NCBI GenBank assembly: GCA_963771375.1
Contig: CAVYTW010000010.1
Coordinates: 90,284-154,283 of the forward strand
Source: an uncultured Chloroflexia bacterium
GTDB taxonomy: Bacteria; Chloroflexota; Anaerolineae; Anaerolineales; Villigracilaceae
Length of the DNA: 64,000 nucleotides
Reading direction: 5' to 3'
Each line of letters starts with the position of its first letter. The first letter of the stretch is position 1. Made by a program: the position numbers and the translations under genes. This document shows, one piece after another, positions 19,032 to 28,730 of this stretch. The notes under the pieces were generated by a model. That model saw only the letters and a program-made list of their open reading frames with translations. It was not told the DNA's origin and did no database searches.

Positions 19032-19517
19032 ATGAATTTTCATGAAGGGGATACAGTGATGCACTGGACCTATGGGCTTGGGAAAGTTGTCCGGTTGGAG
19101 GAGAGGGCTTTATCCGGCAAGAAAGAACTCTACTATGCTGTCCAGATTGGCGATATGACCGTTTGGGTTCCAGCGGACGATAAGCTGGGGAACCGTCTGC
19201 GTCCTCCGACTTCCAAGGCAGAGTTCAAGAAACTGATGAACATTCTTTCCAAGCCGGGCGAACCGCTGCCGGATGACCGCCATGAACGAAAGACCCTGTT
19301 GACGGAATTACTTAAGAATGGGCGCGCCGAATCGCTCTGCCGCGTGATTCGCAACCTGTCCACGTATCGACATGTCCGCTCGTTGAATGACAACGATCAG
19401 GCGCTTTTAAGACGGACAGAGGAATCACTGATCGGCGAATGGGGCTTTGCCCTGTCTATTACCCCAGCTGAGGCCGAACTTCAACTGCATCGTCTGCTGA
19501 CAGTCGCTGGAGACTGA
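19032..19517 (+). CDS. carD: CarD/CdnL-family RNA-polymerase-binding regulator
   Basis: Start moved to the ATG at 19032, behind AAGGAGG. 'FHEGDTVMHWTYGLGKVVRLEER...YYAVQIGDMTVWVPAD' is the CarD_TRCF Tudor-like domain, followed by a helical C-terminal domain. Confidence 0.85.
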   Translation: MNFHEGDTVMHWTYGLGKVVRLEERALSGKKELYYAVQIGDMTVWVPADDKLGNRLRPPTSKAEFKKLMNILSKPGEPLPDDRHERKTLLTELLKNGRAESLCRVIRNLSTYRHVRSLNDNDQALLRRTEESLIGEWGFALSITPAEAELQLHRLLTVAGD

Positions 19518-19538
19518 AGTTTAAAGAGAATCAAAAGG

Positions 19539-19566
19539 TTGACATTCTAAAACTTTAGAGTATATT
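19539..19566 (+). promoter_or_regulatory. Sigma-70-like promoter for the TPP-riboswitch leader
   Basis: TTGACA (19539..19544), 16 nt, TATATT (19561..19566), about 15-20 nt before the aptamer. Confidence 0.5.
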
Positions 19567-19579
19567 TGTCATTACAATT

Positions 19580-19675
19580 TATAGAACGGGGAGCCTGCGC
19601 AATTACAGGCTGAGAGGAGCGTCAAACGCTCGACCCGCATTACCTGATCTGGTTAATACCAGCGGAGGGAATATC
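19580..19675 (+). promoter_or_regulatory. TPP (thiamine pyrophosphate, THI-box) riboswitch aptamer
   Basis: 'aacGGGGAGCctgcgcaattacagGCTGAGAggagcgtcaaacgctcgACCCgcattACCTGATCTGGTTAATACCAGCGGAGGGAat'. Contains the conserved CUGAGA and ACCUGAUCUGGUUAAUACCAGCG(G/U)AGGGA cores. Confidence 0.88.
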
Positions 19676-19685
19676 GTTTAAGTCC

Positions 19686-19716
19686 AACCATCCTCTGCTG
19701 AGGATGGTTTTTTTTG
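19686..19716 (+). terminator. Riboswitch expression-platform intrinsic terminator
   Basis: 'aaccatcctc' (19686..19695), loop tgct, 'gaggatggtt' (19700..19709), then a T-run to 19716. Confidence 0.8.
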
Positions 19717-19720
19717 TTTT

Positions 19721-19791
19721 AGCCCGCCCCCTTCGTGTTTCGGACACCTCCCCATTTTCTATGAAAATGGGGAGGCCGGGTGGGGGTTGGG
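19721..19791. repeat. GC-rich palindromic intergenic element, family A copy 3
   Basis: 'cctccccattttc' (19747..19759) / 'gaaaatggggagg' (19763..19775) is a perfect inverted repeat. The left flank 'cccccttcg..ggacacctcccca' matches copy 1 ('gtcccttcgggacaccctcccca'). Confidence 0.65.
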
Positions 19792-19803
19792 TAAAAGGAT
19801 AAC

Positions 19804-20434
19804 ATGCCTCGTATCATCATCTTTGCCAATGGCGAATTGCCCAATATAGAAAAAGCTCGCGTGCTCGTGAAGAGCGATGATTACATCGTCTGCGCAGATG
19901 GTGGGACGCATTATGCTCTCGCGTTTGGCTTGCGACCAAATCTTATTATTGGCGATCTCAACTCAGTAACGGATGCAGAGTTGCAAAAAGCCAATGCGAA
20001 AATCGTCAAATATCCTCGCAATAAAAACGAAACCGATCTTGAACTGGCTTTAAATCGTGCGCTGGAACAGCAGCCAACCTCGATGCTGATTATCGCTGCG
20101 CTTGGAAATCGCCTCGATCAAACTCTGGGAAATATTTCCTTGCTTTCTGATTCGCGAACTCGCGACTCTCGATTGCCGCCTCGATGATGGGGCGGAGGAA
20201 GTTTTATTTTGCCGCGACAGTTCCCGGGTCGAGGGAAGATACGGAGACGTTGTTTCGCTGATCCCGTGGAATAACGCGGTCAAAGGAATCAGCACGAACG
20301 GACTTCGCTGGCCGCTGAGGAACGAAATTCTTTATCCCGAAAAGACACGCGGCATCAGCAATGAAATGTTGGACGCTGTTGCCGAGGTCAGTATTGAAGC
20401 TGGATTGCTTCTCATCATACATCGTCGTTTGTAG
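19804..20434 (+). pseudogene. thiN: Thiamine pyrophosphokinase; frame broken as assembled (about 20130..20185)
   Basis: ORF 19804..20187 has the N-terminal catalytic half ('IIFANGE...VCADGG...IIGDLNS...ETDLELAL...AALGNRLDQTLGNISLL'). ORF 20102..20434 (+1 frame) has the C-terminal thiamin-binding half ('GDVVSLIPW...VKGISTNGLRWPL...GISNE'). Confidence 0.8.
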
Positions 20435-20445
20435 AAAGGAAAACC

Positions 20446-21488
20446 ATGAAACGCTTTTTGCTTGTCTTACTAGTCTTACTGTTCTTAGTGGTCTCTTCCG
20501 CGCCGAAACCGTCTGGCCCACAATCACTTACCGTAATGACTCACGACTCATTTGCCGTGAGCGATAATGTGATCCAAGCCTTTGAGCAGGCCAACAATGT
20601 AAAAGTTACATTTGTCAAAGGCGGCGACCGGGCGCGATGCTCAACAAAGCCATTCTCTCCAAAAGCGCGCCGCTGGCGGATGTGCTTTATGGCGTGGATA
20701 ACACGCTGCTCTCTGAAGCTCTTGCCACAGATATTTACAAGCCGTATGCTTCGCCTGCGCTGAAAAATATTCCCGCTGAATTTCAACTCAATTCATCGGA
20801 CCGCGCCTTGCCGGTGGATCATGGGTACGTGTGCGTGGTTTATGATAAAGCCTATTTCAGCGCGCATAATCTAACTGCGCCGCAAAGCCTCGAAGATTTG
20901 ACCCAACCTGAATATAAAGGTTTGCTCGTGATGGAAAATCCGGCTACTTCGTCTCCGGGCCTCGATTTTTTGTTTGCCACCATTAAGCATTTTGGTGTTT
21001 CGAACTATCTCGATTATTGGAAACAATTGCGCACCAACGGCTTGGTCGTTGTAGACGGATGGGAAACAGCTTATTACACCAACTTCAGCGGTTCGTCCGG
21101 CCAGGGAGCGCAGGCGCTGGTGGTTTCTTACGCGACCGATCCGGCTTATGATGTGATGTCGGCTTCGACGCCAATTCCGGATGCGCCGGTCGCGGCCGTG
21201 GTCGGACCCGATACCTGCTTCCATCAAATTGAATTTGTCGGCATCCTCAACGGGACCAAACAGCTCGCCCTCGCTCAAAAGTTTGTTGACTTTATGTTGG
21301 GTGCATCATTTCAAGCCGATGTTCCCGGACAGATGGCAGTCTATCCGGTGGCGCTAAATATTCCTCTGCCGGATGCGTTCACAAAGTTTGCCCCAATTCC
21401 ATCCCAGCCTGCTATCCTGAGTGCAGATGATATTTCCAAGAACCGCGATGCCTGGATCCAAGCTTGGACGAATGCGGTGTTGCATTAA
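20446..21488 (+). pseudogene. thiB: Thiamine (TbpA/ThiB-type) ABC transporter substrate-binding lipoprotein/anchored protein; 1-nt deletion near 20628..20631
   Basis: ORF 20446..20763 gives the signal/anchor '[19 protein letters not shown]' plus '[12 protein letters not shown]...VTFVKGGD'. ORF 20637..21488 continues in the -1 frame with '(G)[24 protein letters not shown]...'. Inserting one base after codon GAC(D) restores '[14 protein letters not shown]'. Confidence 0.8.
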
Positions 21489-21546
21489 ACGTTCTGGGGG
21501 CGGAGCGTCGCGCTGAGCCTAGTCGAAGCGCCGCCCCTACAGAAAA

Positions 21547-23209
21547 ATGAAATCAATTTTTTCCCGCCGTATCTTGATTTGGCTCGCGCCGCTAATATTT
21601 CTCGGCATATTTTTCTTTTATCCGTTTCTTCGCATCCTTGCTTTTGGTTTGAGTTTTGAGAACTCTCAAAGCGAATAATCTTCAACTTGCTTTTCACGTT
21701 TTACTTTTTACTTTTTATCAAGCTTCTTTATCAACCCTGCTCACATTGTTGATTGGCTTGCCATCGGCGTATCTCTTTGCCCGTTTTGACTTTCACGGCA
21801 AATCGCTTTTGCGTGCGCTGACCACTGTCCCGTTCATGTTGCCAACGGTGGTCGTCGCGGCGGGATTCAACGCATTGCTCGGTCCGCGCGGCTGGATCAA
21901 TCTCACGTTCATGCATCTATTTGCATTGAAAAGCCCACCAATTCAATTTGTCGGTACGTTGGGCGCGATCTTGCTCGCTCATGTTTTTTACAACACGACG
22001 ATTGTGATTCGCGTGGTCAGCAACGCGCTCTCCAGGCTCGATCCGAAACTTGAACAGGCTGCGCGTTCTCTCGGCGCGAATGGACGCCGCATTTGGTGGA
22101 AAGTTATATTGCCGATGTTGCGTCCGTCGATATTAGCGGCATCATTGCTGGTCTTTTTATTTGACTTCACCAGCTTTGGCGTCATCCTTTTGCTTGGCGG
22201 CCCCACCTTTGCCACGCTCGAAGTGGAGATTTACATTCAAGCATTGGAAATGTTAAATCTCCCTGTGGCTGCCTTGCTTGCGTTCATTCAATTGCTTTGC
22301 ACATTGGTTTTCTCAATTCTTTACACGCGCCTCTCGACTCGCGTCACGGTTCAATCCGCGCCACGCTCAACTCATCAGCACAAAGCGAATACCCTTAAAG
22401 AAAAAGTTTTTGTTCTTGCGTTTTGTGCATTATTCTTTGTGTTTTTTATTTTGCCCATGCTGGCTCTTCCTCTTCGCTCTGTCACTCGCCTCGCAGCCGA
22501 CCGCGATCAGCAAACCCAAGTTCACTATGGCTTAACGACGGATTACTATTCGGAATTATTCATCAATCGCCGCAACTCACTGTTTTACGTCCCGCCGATT
22601 AATGCCGCGCTAAATTCACTGGGTTATGCATGCGCAACAGTGATCCTTTCCTTGTTGCTTGGCTTTCCTGCCGCGTCTGCGCTCGCCAAACCGGGGCGCC
22701 TCGAAAAGATTCTCGATCCGATTTTGATTCTTCCACTCGGCGCATCCGCCGTGACCCTCGCATTGGGATTCATCATCGTCTTTGGCCGCTTATTGATTTC
22801 ACCGTGGCTCGTTCCATTGGCGCATACATTGGTTGCTTTGCCGTTTGTGATTCGCACGCTTCAACCTGCCATCGCCTCCATCCCTGACCGATTGCGTCAA
22901 GCCGCAACCACTTTAGGCGCATCGCCGTTGCGCGTCTGGCAGAATGTGGATTGGCCGATTCTCAGCCGCGCCACATTGAGCGCGGCCACCTTTGCATTCA
23001 CCATTTCACTTGGTGAGTTCGGCGCCACTCTCCTGTTGGCGCGTCCCGATTACCCAACTATCCCCATCGCGATTTATAATTTTCTATCTCAACCCGGCGA
23101 TTTGAATTATGGTCAAGCTATGGCGATGGCAACTCTACTGATGGCGCTCACAACGGCTGGCATATTGTTCATCGAAAAACAGCGCCTGCCCGGCATGGGA
23201 GAATTTTGA
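21547..23209 (+). pseudogene. thiP: Thiamine ABC transporter permease (two fused MalFG-type domains); frame broken near 21640..21676
   Basis: An unlisted 43-codon ORF from the ATG at 21547 (MKSIFSRRILIWLAPLIFLGIFFFYPFLRILAFGLSF...) supplies TM1, then stops at 21676..21678. ORF 21656..23209 (+1 frame) carries the rest, including two EAA-loop regions ('EQAARSLGANGRRIWWKVILP', 'RQAATTLGASPLRVWQNVDWP'). Confidence 0.85.
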
Positions 23210-24204
23210 TGCTCGAAATACGCGGCATTTATAAAACGTATGAGGCCCAGCCGCTTCTCCAAAACATTTCATTTCTGGTGGAAACTGGCGAGACGATTTG
23301 CCTACTTGGTCCATCAGGTAGCGGCAAATCAACTTTATTGCGGATGATTGCGGGACTTGAATCTCCTAATGCGGGACAAATTTTATGGGATGGAAATGAT
23401 CTCTCCTCCACGCCGCCTCATCTTCGGGACTTTGGATTGGTCTTTCAAGACTATGCACTTTTCCCTTACCTTGACGTTTTCGACAACGCTGCCTTTGGCT
23501 TGAGAATGAAGAATTGGAAAAGCGATGAGGTCAAAACGCGCCTCGCTGAAGTTTTGGATTTGGTAAATCTGCGCGGCTTCGAGCATCGCAAAGTGACCGA
23601 TTTATCAGGCGGCGAACAGCAGCGCGTAGCGTTGGCGCGCGCCCTGGCTCCGCACCCGCGTTTGCTGATGTTCGATGAGCCGCTCGGCGCGTTGGATCGC
23701 GCTTTGCGAGAAGACCTGCTCAACGAATTACGCGGCATCCTTCATCGAACTCAAATCCCCGCCATTTATGTGACTCACGATCAAGATGAAGCATTTACCA
23801 TCGCTGACCGTGTTTTGCTTTTGCATAACGGACAAATTGTCCAGGAAGGAACTCCTGCAAATGTATGGTCGAACCCAAATTCGGTATGGGCGGCTCAGTT
23901 TCTTGGATTGGGAAATATAATTGAAGGGAAAATAATTAATGGAAAGAAAGTCGAAACGAAGGTCGGAAATTTTTCAATGAAATGCAGACACAAGCACGAG
24001 GCAGGAGAAAGAGTTCATTTATTGGTGCGTCCCTTGGAGGCGCCAAATGAAGCGAATCAAATTCGCGGGCGCGTCGCGGATGTAGTCTTCCAGCAGGATC
24101 GATTCAAAGTCACACTGGATGATGGTCTGTATTTTTATTTGAAAGACGAGCCGAAGATCGGTCAAATGCTTGAAGTCAAAATTAAGTTGGAATGCTTGCA
24201 ATGA
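23206..24204 (+). CDS. ABC transporter ATP-binding protein with C-terminal TOBE-like domain (thiamine importer ATPase by context)
   Basis: Walker A 'GPSGSGKST', signature 'LSGGEQQRVALARAL', Walker B 'LLMFDEP'. 4-nt overlap with the permease gene. Confidence 0.85.
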   Translation: MMLEIRGIYKTYEAQPLLQNISFLVETGETICLLGPSGSGKSTLLRMIAGLESPNAGQILWDGNDLSSTPPHLRDFGLVFQDYALFPYLDVFDNAAFGLRMKNWKSDEVKTRLAEVLDLVNLRGFEHRKVTDLSGGEQQRVALARALAPHPRLLMFDEPLGALDRALREDLLNELRGILHRTQIPAIYVTHDQDEAFTIADRVLLLHNGQIVQEGTPANVWSNPNSVWAAQFLGLGNIIEGKIINGKKVETKVGNFSMKCRHKHEAGERVHLLVRPLEAPNEANQIRGRVADVVFQQDRFKVTLDDGLYFYLKDEPKIGQMLEVKIKLECLQ

Positions 24205-24650
24205 GGGATGCTATTAAAGTTTTAAAGAAAAATCTAAAGGATGAAATCACGTGGCAATATGACGGGCAGGTGTTGCGCCGCGAACCGAACGCCGTTGTGT
24301 TGGAAGCCTTCTTCAATCGTCCCGATATGCCGTTCGTGGAGGTGGTGTTCAAAGAGAACGATCGTTTTGTAGAGACATTTTATACCGACCGCTGGTATAA
24401 CATCTTTGAGATTTATGACCGTGATGATGGCAAGCGTAAGGGATGGTACTGCAACGTTTGCAGGCCCGCGGTATTGACAGACGGTGCGGTATCGTATATT
24501 GATCTCGCGCTGGACTTGTGGGTTTCAGTCGATGGAAAACAAACCGTGCTGGATGAAGATGAGTTTGCTAATTTGCTGCTTAATGATTCGGAACGTGACA
24601 AAGTATGGAATGCTCTGGCTGAACTCCAACAACTATTTGGAGAACAATAG
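24192..24650 (+). CDS. DUF402-domain protein (FomD/nucleoside-diphosphatase-like)
   Basis: '...VLEAFFNRPDMPFVEVVFKENDRFVETFYTDRWYNIFEIYDRDDGKRKGWYCNVCRPA...SYIDLALDLWVSVDG...LDEDEF' is the DUF402 pattern as I recall it. An alternative start at ATG 24201 gives the typical ATGA overlap. Confidence 0.7.
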   Translation: MLAMRDAIKVLKKNLKDEITWQYDGQVLRREPNAVVLEAFFNRPDMPFVEVVFKENDRFVETFYTDRWYNIFEIYDRDDGKRKGWYCNVCRPAVLTDGAVSYIDLALDLWVSVDGKQTVLDEDEFANLLLNDSERDKVWNALAELQQLFGEQ

Positions 24651-24680
24651 CCTCTGTGAGCATCAGGAGGCTATCATTTG

Positions 24681-24905
24681 TTACAACATTTGTAAGATCA
24701 TACCAACGCCATGTCGAACAAGCTTATCTCCGTTATTCCAAAGCCACCACACGCCTGTCCCTCCAACGCAGCAACAACATAAAACAACAACCACAACGAT
24801 AGCAATGATCAAGGCTGTGTTGTTTTTCTTCGCTGATGCTGGGGTGGGACTGGGCGTCGAGGTAGGGCCGGGGTTGAAATCAATGGGTTGATTTTGGTCG
24901 TTCAT
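24681..24905 (-). CDS. Hypothetical small single-pass membrane protein with a CCCC motif
   Basis: 74 aa: a Pro/Ser/Thr-rich N-terminus, then 'ALIIAIVVVVVLCCCCVGGTGVWWLW'. No family recognised. Confidence 0.4.
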   Translation of the reverse strand: MNDQNQPIDFNPGPTSTPSPTPASAKKNNTALIIAIVVVVVLCCCCVGGTGVWWLWNNGDKLVRHGVGMILQML

Positions 24906-24935
24906 TGATGCCTCCAGTGAGTTTGATTTCCGCGT

Positions 24936-25505
24936 TCAGGCGGTTTCCTTTTTACTCGTTCGACGTGCCCACCACCATATTAGCAATACAATGGCAATGA
25001 TAATCAAAACAGCAATGGCAATCGGAGCGAGGATGGACAAAAGCGATACGACCGTTGATGTAATATCTTCTGCGATACTAACGGGAACGTTAGCAGTTCC
25101 GGCGGTCGTAGCTGTGACGATGGGGCGGACGGCCGCGGATTTGACCACGTGCACGCTTCCGGCAACCAGCAATCCGCAAGCGAGTGCAATTATTGGATTA
25201 ATGCCGGTAACGATATTGGTGCTTGCCGCAAACACGATCGCTCCTGCCACGGGACGCACAAAAGTTTGGATCAAGTCGTTGATATGATTCGCAACCGGGA
25301 CTTTATCGGCCAGCATTTCGATGATGAGCAGAATGCCGATCAGAATCAAAATATATGGATTGGCGAGCGCATCATACGGCGGATTGAGTTTGATGAGGTT
25401 GGTATAGTGAGCGATCACGCCGACCACCAAAAGCGGGATGTAGGCATTCAAGCCTGCACTGGCTGAAAGCCCAAACGCTGAAAAGATTCCAAGCAACGCT
25501 TCCAT
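24936..25505 (-). CDS. DUF4126-domain integral membrane protein
   Basis: Trimmed to the ATG at 25505 (MEALLGIFSAFGLSASAGLNAYIPLLVVG...EMLADKVP...). The longer ORF start would overlap the upstream gene. Confidence 0.7.
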   Translation of the reverse strand: MEALLGIFSAFGLSASAGLNAYIPLLVVGVIAHYTNLIKLNPPYDALANPYILILIGILLIIEMLADKVPVANHINDLIQTFVRPVAGAIVFAASTNIVTGINPIIALACGLLVAGSVHVVKSAAVRPIVTATTAGTANVPVSIAEDITSTVVSLLSILAPIAIAVLIIIAIVLLIWWWARRTSKKETA

Positions 25506-25513
25506 GCGATTTC

Positions 25514-26362
25514 CTAACCCGTTATTCCGGGAAATCCGGTCCAAGTATGAGTGAGATTGAATCGGAATAGGTCAATGCTGATGATGAGGATAAAAGCCAA
25601 GGTCAAGCCAGCGACAGCGGGAAGCCATAATTGGCGGAGATGATCGAAGGCGTTATCCTGTTTCATGATCATCACCCAGACAATGCTAAAGACCATCGTC
25701 AATAAAGCCAACACGCCCAGTGTGCTGAGGATTGCAATGAAATATAAAACTGGATCGATGTTGCTCAAAGCGCCGAAGTCGAACAGGAGTACGATGCCAA
25801 CCAACAGTCCGAATTGAAGCCATTCGAGGGCGGGTTTATCGTCGGGGACGCGCCAGATCGTCTGGTTGTACATCGGATAAAGAACGGATGCCATTGCAAT
25901 TCCCATGCCGCTTCCGGTAAAGACTCGCTCCACATTTGTAGTAACGTAAAGATTGGGAATTTTGTCGAAAAGACTGCCGCTTCCGTAGCTTTGCTTGAGT
26001 AATGCGAGATAGGAATTGCTTCCGTCTATCGCAAAGGCGAGGAAGAAAAGAATCAGCACGGCGATGATGCCGCGATTGGGAAGTTTGCTTTTCTTGCGGC
26101 TGATGAATCCTTGAAGGATCAATGCGATGGCCGCGGCGTTGAACTCACCGGTGCAACGCGCACACAAAGGAAATTGGATGCCATTTACAAAAAGCGAGTG
26201 GGATGAAAGCCGGTGACAAACTGCGTAGCCGATTGCGTCGAGTTTGCCCATCAAGCCGGGCGGCGCGATATAAATCCATCCGCTTAATGCAATAATGGCC
26301 GCGATAGGAACAAGCCACTTCGTCAAAGTTTGGGTCCGGGTTGCAGGCTTTTGTTCTGTCAT
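25514..26362 (-). CDS. DUF2085-domain membrane protein
   Basis: 'GYAVCHRLSSHSLFVNGIQFPLCARCTGEF' (CH...C.RC motif) followed by multiple TM helices. Confidence 0.7.
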   Translation of the reverse strand: MTEQKPATRTQTLTKWLVPIAAIIALSGWIYIAPPGLMGKLDAIGYAVCHRLSSHSLFVNGIQFPLCARCTGEFNAAAIALILQGFISRKKSKLPNRGIIAVLILFFLAFAIDGSNSYLALLKQSYGSGSLFDKIPNLYVTTNVERVFTGSGMGIAMASVLYPMYNQTIWRVPDDKPALEWLQFGLLVGIVLLFDFGALSNIDPVLYFIAILSTLGVLALLTMVFSIVWVMIMKQDNAFDHLRQLWLPAVAGLTLAFILIISIDLFRFNLTHTWTGFPGITG

Positions 26363-26457
26363 GGGATGATTATATGGGGATTGTCTGCGAAAAGCAAGAA
26401 AGATATGGATTGGAGTATGATAGGAGCGAATAGCCTATTGGTGAGGAGCAACGATCA

Positions 26458-27540
26458 ATGAAACGGATTGGAATCTTGACAGGCGGCGGCGATGCACCGG
26501 GACTCAATGCTGTGATTCGTGCGGTAGTGAAAACGGCCATCCTGCAATATGGATGTGAAGTCTATGGTGTGCTGGACGGCTATGATGGATTTCTGAAAGA
26601 TGAGGGGATTATCCCCTTAGGTTTGAAGGATGTGAGCGGAATTTTGCCGTGTGGCGGAACCATCCTCGGCGCGGCGAATTGCGGGAATCCTTTTGCTCGC
26701 AAGATCATGCAGGATGGCAAAGAAGTCATCGTTGATAGGTCGGACGAGTTGATCAACGCCATGAAACAATCCGGAATGGACGCTTTGCTGGTCCTCGGCG
26801 GCGATGGCACGCTGCGTATTGCCCATGAACTATATCAAAAAGGAATCCCTGTGATCGGTGTTCCCAAAACAATCGATAACGATATCGGCGGCACCGAAGT
26901 GACCTTTGGCTTCGATACCGCCCTGAATACTGCTACCGAGGCGATTGACCGTCTTCACACTACGGCTGAAGCGCATCATCGCGTCATGGTGTTGGAGTTA
27001 ATGGGACGCGAGGCCGGCTTCATTTCTTTGCACGCTGGAATATCCGGCGGCGCGGATGTGATCCTGATCCCTGAAATTCCATTTAAGTTTGATTCTGTCA
27101 TTGCTAAAATTCGTCAGCGCGTTCAGGGCGGTAGTTTATTCAGCATCTTGGCGGTTTCAGAAGGAGCCGGGCCGCTGGGCGGTGCAGAGGTCTTCTCGCG
27201 TCGCGGCGACGAAATGTACGTGCCGCGCTTAGGCGGTATTGGTCAGGTAGTAGGTGAGCATATTGAAAAGCAAGGCTTTGAAACGCGCGTGACCGTGCTG
27301 GGTCATTTACAGCGAGGTGGCACGCCCACCGCATTTGACCGCTGGCTGGCGACGCGTTACGGGGCGGCCGCCTTCAGGCTCGCGATGCGCGGCGGTTTTG
27401 ATCGCATGGTTGCCTTGCGCTCCGGCCAGATCACCGATGTGACCCTTGAAGAAGCGCTGGCTGTCCCTCGCCGGGTTGATCTCAATGAGGATGCGGTCAT
27501 CACTGCGCGCGGCATGGGGATTTCGTTCGGCGACGAATGA
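26458..27540 (+). CDS. pfkA: 6-phosphofructokinase (ATP- or PPi-dependent PfkA family)
   Basis: 'MKRIGILTGGGDAPGLNAVIRAVV', 'LVLGGDGTL', 'GVPKTIDNDI', 'LMGREAGFI', 'GHLQRGG'. Confidence 0.9.
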   Translation: MKRIGILTGGGDAPGLNAVIRAVVKTAILQYGCEVYGVLDGYDGFLKDEGIIPLGLKDVSGILPCGGTILGAANCGNPFARKIMQDGKEVIVDRSDELINAMKQSGMDALLVLGGDGTLRIAHELYQKGIPVIGVPKTIDNDIGGTEVTFGFDTALNTATEAIDRLHTTAEAHHRVMVLELMGREAGFISLHAGISGGADVILIPEIPFKFDSVIAKIRQRVQGGSLFSILAVSEGAGPLGGAEVFSRRGDEMYVPRLGGIGQVVGEHIEKQGFETRVTVLGHLQRGGTPTAFDRWLATRYGAAAFRLAMRGGFDRMVALRSGQITDVTLEEALAVPRRVDLNEDAVITARGMGISFGDE

Positions 27541-27544
27541 ATCA

Positions 27545-27570
27545 GAATGCCATCTACAAGGATGGCATTC
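27545..27570 (+). terminator. Hairpin after pfkA (weak U-tract)
   Basis: 'gaatgccatc' (27545..27554) / 'gatggcattc' (27561..27570), a perfect 10-bp stem followed by 'ttg'. Confidence 0.45.
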
Positions 27571-27817
27571 TTGCGCGCTACAGCAAATTTGCATATGCAG
27601 GTCATTCATCTAAATATCGTCGCGCAACTTTGCATTTTTGTTAATCAGTATATTGCAATTCAAGGAAATGTGTCTAGAAGTAAAATTGCTTTTTGGCAAA
27701 GACTGCTCGTCATATTAGGCTTTGAAGTGGAAGAGAAATGGTTTTGTTGTCGTTTCGAGTGGCAACCCATTTGTCGAAAATTAAGCTAATGGCTAGCAGG
27801 TTAACGAAAAAAGCAAC

Positions 27818-28720
27818 ATGGATATTTCACAGGAAAAATTTCTCAGTTTATCTACAGAAGAGGTAGCAGCGTTGATGCGGGATGCTGGCCCAAAAGTTTG
27901 CGTTTTCCCAATCAACGGCACGCGCAGATGGTTTGTATTGGAGCATGCCAATGACATTCAAGATGATCCGATCAAAGCTTATGTGGAAATAGCGACCCAA
28001 AATCACATTGAGCTATATAAGATGTTATTTAGTCATGGGATCAATACTTTAGTAACACCTGAGTTTGGCTCCGATCTTCTGTTGCGAGGTGATGAATACG
28101 TCCAGCAGGTCGGAGCGGAGGGATTGGCGAAATTAGCAAATGATTTAACGTTGCTAAACTTTTATGATCAATATGAAGTACGCGTTCACTTTTATGGTGA
28201 TTATCGCCGCTTCTTGCGCGGGACTAAATTGGAGTATTTATCTGATCTGTTCGATTTGGCTGCTGAACGGACGCGAACTCATAGCCGCTACCGCTTATTC
28301 TTCGGTATCTTTGGTAACGACGCCACACAAGCAATCGTAGAATTTTCAGCAAATTATTACCGACGACAGGGCCGCCTGCCAGAAAAACGTGAATTGATTG
28401 AAATGTATTACGGCGAATATGTGGAACCTGTCAGCTTGTTCATAGGTTTCGACCGATTTAGCAGCTTTGATATGCCACTGATTGCAAGCGGAGAGGAGGA
28501 TTTATATTTTACTATCAGTCCATCCCCTTACATAAATCAGGAGCAATTGCGGCGAATTTTATATGATCATCTTTACACGCGCCGGGCATCCGATCCTGAC
28601 TATGCAGAGCTTTCTGTTCAAGAACTGCAAGACTTACACAATTTCTACTACAAGTATCCTGATTATACTTTCGGAATTGGAAAGCTTGTTCACGGGATTT
28701 GGGTCCCGCAACTACCCTGA
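27818..28720 (+). CDS. Z-prenyltransferase (UPPS)-fold-like protein, Rv3378c (tuberculosinyl transferase)-like
   Basis: 300 aa. 'GPKVCVFPINGTRRWF', 'VRVHFYGDYRRF' and 'FIGFDRFSSFDMPL' resemble diverged cis-prenyltransferase blocks. No DDxxD/NSE motifs. It lies 10 nt upstream of a class II diterpene cyclase, the same order and sizes as Rv3378c-Rv3377c. Assignment is by recollection and context, not by alignment. Confidence 0.6.
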   Translation: MDISQEKFLSLSTEEVAALMRDAGPKVCVFPINGTRRWFVLEHANDIQDDPIKAYVEIATQNHIELYKMLFSHGINTLVTPEFGSDLLLRGDEYVQQVGAEGLAKLANDLTLLNFYDQYEVRVHFYGDYRRFLRGTKLEYLSDLFDLAAERTRTHSRYRLFFGIFGNDATQAIVEFSANYYRRQGRLPEKRELIEMYYGEYVEPVSLFIGFDRFSSFDMPLIASGEEDLYFTISPSPYINQEQLRRILYDHLYTRRASDPDYAELSVQELQDLHNFYYKYPDYTFGIGKLVHGIWVPQLP

Positions 28721-28730
28721 GAAGGACAAC

